From NCBI GenBank assembly GCA_036689375.1, contig CP144808.1, positions 20,927 to 84,926 on the forward strand: DNA of 64,000 bases. Reading direction: 5' to 3'. Shown piece after piece: positions 52,012 through 62,666 of the stretch. Source of the DNA: Candidatus Stammera capleta (GTDB lineage: Bacteria; Pseudomonadota; Gammaproteobacteria; Enterobacterales; Enterobacteriaceae). The notes under the pieces were generated by a model. The model saw only the letters and a list, made by a program, of their open reading frames with translations. It was not told the DNA's origin and did not search any database. The stretch's first letter is position 1. Every line of letters starts with the position of its first letter. Position numbers and translations under genes: made by a program.

Positions 52012-53236
52012 TTATTGGATATTTTTTACATATTTTAATTATTTTTTTTTTTATATTTTTTATAATATTATAATTATTTATATTATTTAATATTTTGCAT
52101 ATTAATTTTGATATATATAGAGATATTTTTTTATTAATTTTTCTTTTACTTATACAAGATGTTCCTATTCTTATTCCTGAGGTTATTAATGGATTTTTTT
52201 TATCATTTGGTATGCAATTTTTGTTAACTATTATATTTGCAAGTGATAATCTTTTTTCTGCTTTTATACCTGTTATATTTTTATTTTTTAAATTTATTAC
52301 AAATAAGTGTGTTTCTGTTCCATTTGAAATAATTTTAAATTTTTTTTTTATTATTTCTTTTGACATTATTTTTGCATTTTTTATTGTGTTTTTTTGATAT
52401 TTTATAAATTTTTTTGTTAATGCTTCTTTAAAAGATATAGCTTTTGCTGCTATAATATGCATTAAAGGACCTCCTTGTGTACCTGGAAATAAAGATGAGT
52501 TTATTTTTTTATATAATTTTTTATTATCTCCTTTAGCTAAAATTATTCCTCCTCTAGGTCCTCCTAATGTTTTATGTGTTGTTGTAGTAACTATATCAGC
52601 ATAATCTAATGGATTTGGATATAAGTTTGCTGCAACTAATCCTGCTATATGAGACATATCTACCATAAATATACAATTATATTTTTTTGCTATTTCTTTA
52701 AATATTTTTCAGTTACATATTCTTGAATATGAAGAAAAACCTCCTATTATTAATTTTGGTTTATTTTTTTTAACTAGATATTCAATTTCATTAAAATCTA
52801 TTCTTTCATTTTTATTTAATCCATATAATATTGAATTATATATTTTACCTGAAAAATTTATTTTAGATCCATGTGTTAAATGTCCTCCATGATCTAATTT
52901 CATTCCTATTATTTTTTCTCCAGGTTTTAATATAGCATTATATACTGCGAAATTAGCTTGTGATCCAGAATGTGGTTGTACATTTATATAATTTGCTTTA
53001 AATAATTTTTTTGCTCTATTTATTGCTATTTTTTCTATTTCATCTATATATTTACATCCTTCATAGTATCTTTTTTTATAGTATCCTTCTGCATATTTAT
53101 TTGTTAATATTGATCCTTGTGCTTTCATTACATTTTTACTTGCATAATTTTCTGAAGCAATTAAATTTATATTATTTTTTTGTCTTTTTTTTTCTAAATT
53201 TATTAGTTTAAATATTTTATCTATTTTTTTTTTCAT
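52004..53236 (-). CDS. glyA: Serine hydroxymethyltransferase
   Basis: [31 protein letters not shown] and CNW-KIFKEIA (E. coli VDWAKMREIA). One TGA joins the two pieces. Confidence 0.95.
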
Positions 53237-54158
53237 TTTTTTTTTTTAAAATATATTGTGTTTGTATGTGTAGAAATTCATTTGCTATTGTTGCTGCTGT
53301 TAATGATGTTATATTAGATGGGTCATAAATTGGTGATACTTCAACTATATCAATACCTATTATATTTATATTTTTTAGATTTCTTATTATTTTTAATATT
53401 TTATTTATATTAATTCCATTTATTACTGGTGTTCCTGTTCCTGGTGCATATGATGGGTCTAAACAATCTATATCAAAACTTATATATGTTGGATTATTTT
53501 TAATATTTTTTTTTATTTTTTTTAAAATATTTTTGTGTGATGAATTATTTACTTCTTCAGAAGTTATTATTTTAAATGGATGATTTTTTTTTATATATGT
53601 TCTTATTCCTATTTGTATTATATTTGATTTAGATATTAATTTTTCTTTTTTAATTTGGTAAAAAATTGATCCATGATCAAATATATTTTTTTCATAGTAT
53701 GTATCTGTATGTGCATCAAAATGTATTAAAGATATTTTTTTATATTTTTTTTTACATGCTCGTATTATTGGTAGTGTAATATAATGATCTCCTCCTAATA
53801 TTAAAAAATTTTTATTTATTTTTAATATATTTAATATTTTTTTATAAATATTATAATTTAAATTTTTTATATTTCCAGTTTTATATATTAAATCTCCTCC
53901 ATCTACAATTTTTATTGTTTTATTTAATTTAAAATTTCATGGTCATTTATATTTTTCTCATATTAAATGCATTGATTCTATTCTTATACTAGTTGGTGCT
54001 AGTTTACTTCCAGGTTTTCCAGTGCAAGTAATTTCTGATGGTATACCCATTATTATTATATTAAAATTATCTTTTTTTTTGTATTTTTTTTTTATAAATA
54101 AATCAAATCTCATAAATCCAAATATATTTGATATTAATGATATATCTTTTATAGTCAT
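53217..54158 (-). CDS. speB: Agmatinase
   Basis: LIW-EKYKW-PW-NF (E. coli AWEHNRFPWNF), [17 protein letters not shown] and [18 protein letters not shown] metal-site motifs. Confidence 0.9.
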
Positions 54159-54162
54159 TTTT

Positions 54163-55959
54163 TTATTTTAAATATGTTTTTGATAAAAATATTTTTTTTA
54201 TTTTTTTTATTATTTTATTATTTTTTTTATATTTATTTAAAAATTTTTTTATTTGATTATTTTTTATATTTGTTTTTTTAGTAACATTTATTATTGATTC
54301 ATTTAAGTTTATTATTTTTTTTTCATATTTATTATTTTTTTTTATTTTTATTAAGTATGTTTGTAAATTTCCAAATAGATTATGTTTATTACTTAATATA
54401 TTTTGATAAGCTCCAGTCATAAATATTCCTATAAATACTGATTTGTAATTTTTTAAATAAGGTATTTCTAATGAATTAGAAATATAATTTTTTATATTTA
54501 TATAATTGTTTATTTTTCCATCAGAATCACATGTTATGTCAAGTATATTTATTTTTTGATTTTTTTTTTTTTTTAATTTTATTATAGGTAATATTGGAAA
54601 TATTTGATTAGTTCCTCATGAATCTGGAATTGATTGAAATATAGAAAAATTAAGGTGAATTTTTTTTGATATATATAAATTTATATTTTTTAATATATTT
54701 TTTTTTTTAAATATTTTATATTTATATATTTTTTTTAATATTTCTTTATATATATTTTCTATTCATGATTTTTCTATTATATTATATTTACCTATTTTAA
54801 ATTCGTTTTTTATTTTTTTTAAATTTTTTTTTATAAAAAAATTAGATATATATTTTTTTTTTTTAATATTTATTCATATTTTTCATATATTATTTAATAT
54901 TTTATTTTTTTTTTTTATAAATATTTTTTTTATTTTAATTTTTTTATTTTTTTCAATATTATATATATTAGTTATTATAAATTCATGATGTGCTGTTATA
55001 TATCTTCCTGATTCAGTTATTAAATTAGGATGTTTTATTTTATTTTTATTACATATTTTTTTTATTATTTTTATTATATATTTTATATATTTATTTATAT
55101 CATAATTTATATTTTTATTATTACTATATTGTAAAGCTAATCCTCCTCCTATATCTATAATTTTAATTTTTATTTTAAATATTTTTTGTATATCTATATA
55201 TAAATTTATTATTTCTTTTATATATATTATTATATTTTTTATATTTTTAATTTGTGATTCTAAATGACAATGTAAAATTTTTAAATTATTAGTTGTTTTT
55301 TTTTTAATTAATATTTTTATTATTTTTAGTATTTCATTAGATGTTAATCCAAATTTAAATTGAGATTTATTTTTTTTAGGATTTATTTCTAGATTATTTA
55401 ATTTAATTCTTATTCCTATAAAAAAATTTTTTTTTTTTATATATTTTCATAGTAATTTTAATTCTTTTATTTTTTCTATTATTATATATATTTTATGTCC
55501 TATTTTTGTAGCAAGATATGCTATATACATATATATTTTATCTTTGTATCCATTACATAATATTGTTATTTTTTTATTACTATTTATAAGTATAGTTATT
55601 AATTCTGTTTTTGATCCTGATTCTAATCCAATTTTATATTTTTTATTTTTTAATATTGTTTGTATTACATAAGATTTTTGATTTACTTTTATTGGATAAA
55701 TTAAAAAATATTTTCCTTTATAGTTATATTTATTTATATAATAATTAAATTTTTTATTTATTTTATTTGTTTTATCTTTTATTATTTCTGGTATACAAAA
55801 TTTTACAGGTAATTTTTTTTTTATTTCATTTGTTATTATTTTTTTTATTTTTATTTTTTTTTTTTTGTTTTTTATATTTATATTTAAATTACCTTTTTTA
55901 TCTATAAAAAAATATTTTTCAGATCAATTTAATTTTAAATTTTTATTTTTTTTATTCAT
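54163..55959 (-). CDS. speA: Biosynthetic arginine decarboxylase
   Basis: IDIGGGLA, ITESGRYI, FQSIPDSW-GTNQIFPILP, LDITCDSDG and GAYQNILSNKHNLFG are collinear with SpeA. Shorter than the E. coli protein. Confidence 0.87.
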
Positions 55960-56063
55960 TATATTTGAATTTTAGTTTATATTAAAATTGATTTTAACAA
56001 TTATTTAGTATTAATGTATACTTAATTTATATATAATTTATTATTTGTTTGGAGATTTATAAA

Positions 56064-57221
56064 ATGAAAATTTATTATTTTACTTCTGAATCTGTATCTG
56101 AAGGTCATCCTGATAAAATTGCTGATCAAATATCTGATGCTATATTGGATGCTTATATTGAAAAAGATAAATTTGCTAAAGTTGCTTGTGAAACTTATAT
56201 TAAATCAGATTTAGTTGTTGTTGGTGGAGAAATTAATACTTCTGTATTAATAAATGTAGAAAATATTGTACGTAATACTATATATAATATAGGATATACT
56301 GATATTAAAATGGGGTTAGATGCTTATAAATGTTATATATTAAATATTTTAGGTAAGCAATCTCCTGATATAAGTATTGGTATTAATAAAGGAAATTTTG
56401 TTAATCAAGGAGCTGGTGATCAAGGAATTGTTTTTGGTTATGCTACAAATGAAACATATGTTTATATGCCAGCTCCTATATTTTATGCTCATAATTTGGT
56501 TAAGAGACAATCTTATTTAAGAAAAAAAATAAAAAATTCTTGATTATATCCTGATGCTAAAAGTCAGATAACATTTATTTATAAAAATAATTTAATATTA
56601 GGTATTGATAATGTTGTTTTTTCTACTCAACATAGTAAAGATATATCTTTAGATAAATTAAAAGAATATGTTATGGAAGAAATAATATTTAATGTTTTAC
56701 CTAAAAAATGATTAAGTAATAAAACTAAATATTTTATTAATCCAACTGGTAGATTTATAATAGGTGGTCCTATGGGAGATTGTGGTTTAACAGGAAGAAA
56801 AATAATTGTTGATACATATGGAGGTATGTCTAGACATGGTGGAGGAGCTTTTTCTGGTAAAGATCCTTCTAAAACAGATAGATCTGGAGCTTATATTGCT
56901 AGATATATTGCTAAAAATATTGTTGCTGCTGGTTTGGCAGATAAATGTGAAATACAGATATCCTATGCAATAGGAGTATCTGATCCTGTTTCAGTTACAA
57001 TAAATACGTTTGGAACAGAAAAAATTTATATAAAATATATATATAATGCTTTAAATATTTTTTTTAATTTAAAACCTGGTAATATAGCAAAAACATTAAA
57101 TTTGCTTAGACCTATATATTTTAATACATCTTCTTATGGACATTTTGGTAGAAATGAATTTCCTTGAGAAAAAATTGATAAAATAAATGAATTAATTGAA
57201 TTTAAAAATCATTATTTATAA
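56064..57221 (+). CDS. metK: S-adenosylmethionine synthase
   Basis: [63 protein letters not shown] and [16 protein letters not shown] motifs. Three in-frame TGA. Confidence 0.96.
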
Positions 57222-57802
57222 TTTAATATCATATATTTTGATTTTGGATATAATATATATATTTTTTTTTTTCATATTTTATTTATTTTTTTTTTAAGTT
57301 GTTTATTATTAACAAAATATATATATTTTTTTTTTATTAATTTTAATTTATTTATACATTTTTTAAGTGAATTAAATTTTTTAATTTTTTTTTTATTTTT
57401 AATTATTGTATATATTTTAATATTATTTATATTTTTTAATATTATTATATACATACACATATATATATATGTATATTTTGATTTTAAATAATTTATTACT
57501 ATATTAGGATATGACATTTTTATTATTTTTATTTTTGGATATTTTATTTTAAATGTTTGAGCTATAATTGTAGATATTCTAATTCCTATTAAACTTCCTG
57601 GTTTTTTATTTATTATAATTATATTTATTTTTTTTTTTTTTATTTTATTTTTTTTTATTATTGATTTAATTATTTCTAGTATATATTGGTTATTTTTTTT
57701 TTTAATTATTTTTTTTTTTGTATATATTTTATTTTTATATTTTATTGATACTGAAATTAATTCTGTAGATGTTTCTATAGCTATAATGTTTTTATTTTTC
57801 AT
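57212..57802 (-). CDS. tsaB: tRNA t6A biosynthesis protein TsaB (YeaZ), shortened
   Basis: IAIETSTE and KPGSLIGIRIS match TsaB LAIDTATE and GPGSFTGVRIG. Extended through TGA 57272-57274 (conserved C-terminal Trp) to TAA 57212-57214. Confidence 0.7.
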
Positions 57803-57849
57803 ATATTAATTTTATAATATAATATTGTAAATTATGTTAGTATTTTATA

Positions 57850-58884
57850 ATGAATAGGTTAAATTTATTAAATTTTAATGTAAATGATTTAGAAAAAAAA
57901 ATTTTTTTTAAAAATAAATTTATTTATAATCAAATTATTTATTGAATATATAAAAAATTTTGTTTTAATTTTAAATATATGACTAATATTAGTATAAATA
58001 TTAGAAATATTTTAAATAAAATGTTTAAAATTGATTTACCTAAAGTTGTTAGTTTTAAAAAATCTATTGATAGTTCAATTAAATGATGATTTAATGTTAA
58101 TGATGATATTATAGAGACTGTATATATACCAAGTTTTGGTAGATCTACTTTATGTATTTCAACTCAAGTTGGTTGTGCTATGAAGTGTAAATTTTGTTCT
58201 ACTAGTAAAGGTGAATTTAAAAGAAATTTAAGTGTTGGTGAAATAATAGGTCAAATTTTATTTGTTTGTTATTTTTTATATAAAAATAAAATGAAATGTA
58301 TTACAAATATTGTAATTATGGGTATGGGTGAACCTTTATTAAATTTTTATAATGTTGTAAATTCTGTTAAAATTATGTTAGATAAAAAATTTTTTGGTTT
58401 TTCTAAAAGAAAAATAGTATTATCTACTTCAGGAATTGTTCCTTTTATATATAAATTATATAATTATATTGATATTGTTTTAGTTATTTCATTACATTCA
58501 TCTAATAATAGTATAAGAAATAAAATTATGCCTGTTAATAAAAAATATGATATAATTTCTTTATTGCGAGCGGCTTTTTTTTATGTAAAAAATACTAAAG
58601 CTAGTAAAAATAAAATTAATATTGAATATTTAATGTTAAATAATGTTAATGATGATGTAATTAATGCTTATGAATTATTAAATTTGTTAAAAAATTTTCC
58701 AAGTAAAGTAAATTTGATTCCATTTAATTATATTAATAATTCATGTTTTTCTAGGAGTAGTAAAAAAAAAATGTTATTATTTTTAAATATTTTAAATAAA
58801 AATGGTATTTTTACTTCTATTAGAAATAATAGAGGATTAGATATAAATGCTTCTTGTGGTCAATTGTCAGGTGATTTAAATTAG
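57850..58884 (+). CDS. rlmN: Dual-specificity rRNA/tRNA m2A methyltransferase RlmN (radical SAM)
   Basis: CISTQVGCAMKCKFCST radical-SAM cluster, GMGEPLLN and CGQLSGD motifs. Three in-frame TGA, including the tandem TGA-TGA at 58084-58089. Confidence 0.92.
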
Positions 58885-58913
58885 TTTTATTATAAAATTT
58901 AGTTAAAATTAAT

Positions 58914-59345
58914 ATGAATAATATAAAGTTAGATTCTTTAGGTAAAATTTTAGTTAAAGCTCGCGAATTAATGAATTTAAAAAAAAAAGATATTGCTGAT
59001 AAATTGTGTCTTAAATTAAATGTTATTGATTCTATAGAAAATGATAAAGTTCCTAATAATATATCTTTAGTTTTTTTTTGTGGGTATATTCGTTCTTATG
59101 CTCGTTTAGTTAAAGTTCCTGAAGATAAAATAATTTGTTTTTTAGATAGGTATAAATATAATGATTATTTAGATAAAAAAAATGTAAAAAAATCCTTTTA
59201 TTTTAAAAATAATTGTTATTTTTATATAAAAATTTTTATTTTTATAAAATTATTTTTTTTATTGACTTTAGGATTTTTTTATTTTAAAAATAGAATTATT
59301 AATAATAATAAAGATTTTATTTTTGTAATGGAAAATGATAAATAA
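58914..59345 (+). CDS. rodZ: Cytoskeleton protein RodZ, truncated (HTH domain and one TM helix only)
   Basis: DKLCLKLNVIDSIENDKVP...FFCGYIRSYARLVKVPEDKI matches the RodZ N-terminal domain. One hydrophobic helix, then a stop. rlmN-rodZ synteny is kept. Confidence 0.75.
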   Translation: MNNIKLDSLGKILVKARELMNLKKKDIADKLCLKLNVIDSIENDKVPNNISLVFFCGYIRSYARLVKVPEDKIICFLDRYKYNDYLDKKNVKKSFYFKNNCYFYIKIFIFIKLFFLLTLGFFYFKNRIINNNKDFIFVMENDK

Positions 59346-59378
59346 TATAAATTATATTGTATTTATTTAGATATATTT

Positions 59379-60680
59379 ATGTATAAATTAAAAATTAAGT
59401 CTTTAAAAGGAATGCATGATTATTTTGGTAAAGATATTTATTTATATCAATATATAGAAAAAGTATTTAAAAATTTTATTAATAAATATTCTTTTCAAGA
59501 AATAAGATTTCCTATTTTAGAAAATACATTTTTGTTTAGTAAATTTATTTTTAATAATTATAATAATAATATTTTAAAAGAAATGTATTCTTTTTTTGAT
59601 AAAAAGAATTTAAATATTAGTTTAAGACCGGAAGGTACTGTTTCTTGTTTTAGAGCTTATATTGAAAATAAATTATTTTTAAATAGTTTTTTAAATAAAC
59701 TATGATATATAGGTTCAATGTTTAGATATGAACGTCCTCAAAAATGTCGTTTTAGACAATTTAACCAGATTGGTTTAGAAATTTTTAATGATAATAGTTT
59801 TATTTCAAATATTGAATTATTATTAATAATTAATAATTTTTTTAAAATATTAGGAATTAGTGATTTTTTGTGTTTAGAAATAAATTGTATAGGTAATTTT
59901 GATGATAGAAAAAAATATATTTTTTATATTAAAAATAATTTTTTAGATATAATAAAAAAAAAGTTTCCATTTTTTAAAAATGATTCTAATTTTTTTAGAT
60001 TTTTAGATAAAAATAATAAAAATATTAATATTTATATTCCTAATATACCTTCAATATTTGATTTTATAAATAGTAATTCTAAATTTAATTTTAATAAATT
60101 ATGCAAAAAATTAGATTTACTGAATATTAAGTATATTTTTAATAAAAATTTAGTTAGGGGTTTAGATTATTATAATGATTTTGTTTTTGAATGAAAAAGT
60201 AATTTTTTAAATAAAAATATTACTATATGTTCTGGAGGAAGATACGATTTTTTAGGAAATTATTTATGTAATAAGTATATTCCTGCTGTTGGTTGTGCTA
60301 TTGGTTTAGAAAGATTATTTTTTTTATTAAAAAAAAAAAATAAAAAAAAAAATAAATTTTTTAATAAAATTGATATATATATATATTCTTCTTATAATGA
60401 ATATTCTAAAATGATTGGTTTAATTATTTGTGATAAAATAATTAATTCTAATATTAAATCATTAAATATATATAATAATTATTTTTTAGATAAAAAAATT
60501 AGTAAAATTATAAATTTAGTTATAAAAAAAAATATTCGTTTTTTAATTATAATAGATAGAAAAGAAATTAAAGGTAATTATATTATTTTAAAAGATTTAT
60601 TTTTAAATATTCAAAAAAAAGTATTTATTTCTAATATTATAGAGAATATAATTTATTTTTTAAATAAAAGTGTTTTTTAA
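59379..60680 (+). CDS. hisS: Histidine--tRNA ligase
   Basis: [48 protein letters not shown] and GGRYD motifs. Two TGA. Frame checked across two A-runs. Confidence 0.92.
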
Positions 60681-60692
60681 TTTTTATTATTT

Positions 60693-62150
60693 ATGTTTAC
60701 TATAGCTATAGTAGGTAATTTTAATTCTGGTAGAACCAGTTTATTTAATTATTTTATATATAAAAAAATTTTTTATAATTTTAATAATAAAAAATGTATT
60801 TGTGATTTTAATTATGGTTTATTTGATTATAAAAAAAAATTTTTTGTTTGTATAGATACATCTGGGATTAATAATTTTAATTTTTTAAAAAAAAAAAATA
60901 ATTTTAACAATAAAGATTTATTGTTAGATATTTTACAAAAAAAATTTATTTATATATTAGATAATGTTGATTTTATTTTTTTATTAATAGAATCTATTGA
61001 TGTTAATTATAAAGATTTTTTTTTTTTAAATTTTTTTTTAAAATATAAAAATAAAATTTATTTATTAATATCTAAAATTGATTTATTTAAAAATTATAAA
61101 AAATATATTTATAAATTTTTATCTTTTAAAGTTAAAGAAGTATATTTTATATCTATTTATAAAGAAAATTTAATATTAAAATTAATGGATAAAATTTATT
61201 TAAAATTAACTAAAAAAAAAAAAATAAATTTTTTATTTAAAAAATATATATTATATTTTTGTATTAATTTTAATAAATATTTTTTAATTAATTTTAATTT
61301 TATAAATATTTTTTTAAATATAAAAAAAGAAATTAAATTAATAAAATTTATAAAATTAATTATTTTAGGTAAACCTAATATAGGAAAATCTACTTTTTTA
61401 AATTTTATTTCTAAAAAAGATAGATCTTTAGTTTCTAGTAATTCATATACAACTAAAGATTTTTTAATATGTAATTTATTTTTAAATAATATTATTTATT
61501 TGATTAGTGATTCTCCTGGTTTATGTAATCAACATTATGTTTATAGAAAAAAAAAATATATTTTTTTTTGAAGAAATATATTTTTTAATAATATAATTAT
61601 TTATATGTTTGATATAAATATTGGTATTACTAGATTTGATTTACGTATATTAAAGTTTTTATTAAATAATGGTAAATTTTTAATATTAATTTTTAATAAA
61701 TCTAATTTTTCTAATAAAGAAAAACAAAAATATAAAAAATTTTTATTTAAAAGATATGATTTTATGAAGTATATGAATATATATTTTTTTAGTAAAGATT
61801 TAAAAAAAAATAATAAAAATATTAATATTATATATAGAGATATAAATATTAATTATAAAAATATTTTTTTATATAAAATAAATAGTTTGAAATTAACTAA
61901 AATTTTAAAAAAAGCTATTGATAATTTTAATAATAAAAATATTACTTTAAATACAGTAAAATTAAAATATGCACATGTTGGTAGATATAATCCATTATTA
62001 ATTGTTATTCATGGAAATAAAATAGATAAAATTAGTATTTCTTATAAAAAATATTTATTAAATTTTTATATGAAGTCTTTAAAAATTCATGGTTGTATAA
62101 TTTCTTTGAAGTTTAAAGAAATATATAATCCTTTTATTAAAAAAAAATAA
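60693..62150 (+). CDS. der: GTPase Der (EngA), with degenerate first G domain
   Basis: Two G domains: GD1 GNFNSGRTS/DTSG/SKID and GD2 GKPNIGKST/SDSPG. KH-like C-terminus. One in-frame TGA at 61569-61571. hisS-der synteny. Confidence 0.8.
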
Positions 62151-62154
62151 AAAT

Positions 62155-62545
62155 ATTTATTTGGTAATCGCTATTTTAAATATAATAGAGGAAAGTCCGG
62201 GCTCCATAGGATGGGATGCCAGATAACGTCTGGAAATATATATTAGTATATATTATGAAAAGTGCAACAGAAAATAACCGCCGAAAGGTAAGGGTGAAAA
62301 AATATCTTAAGAAAATATTATATATTATAGTAATATAATATATGTGTAAACTCCATCTGGAGCAAGGTTATAAATAAAATATTAAGTATTTTAACATTAA
62401 TGTATTTATCCATACATATATTTAATTATTTTATGGTATACTGCTTGAGTTAATAAGTGATTATTAATCTAGATTAATGGTTACCTTATTGTATATTTAT
62501 ATACAATAAACAGAACCCGGCTTATAAATAATTATTTTTATTTGT
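62155..62545 (+). ncRNA. rnpB: RNase P RNA (type A), with AT-rich replaced peripheral helices; ends approximate
   Basis: Conserved blocks GAGGAAAGTCCGGGCTCCATAGG, GCCAGATAACGTCTGG, AGTGCAACAGAAAA, ACCGCC, GGTAAGGGTGAAA, GTAAACTCCATCTGGAGCAAGG, CTGCTTGAG and ACAGAACCCGGCTTA occur in E. coli rnpB order. Confidence 0.88.
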
Positions 62546-62666
62546 TAATATAATTATTTTTATTAAATTATTATATTTGTAATTTTATTTTTATTATATT
62601 TTATTATAATTATATAATTTATTTTATTAAAATTATAATTTATATATAAAAAAGTTTTAATAATAT

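Noticed and set aside
51364-53211. ORFs 51364-51561(-), 51887-52090(+), 52095-52397(+) and 53011-53211(+).
   Set aside because: They are antisense to, or out of frame with, dnaJ and glyA, with low-complexity translations.
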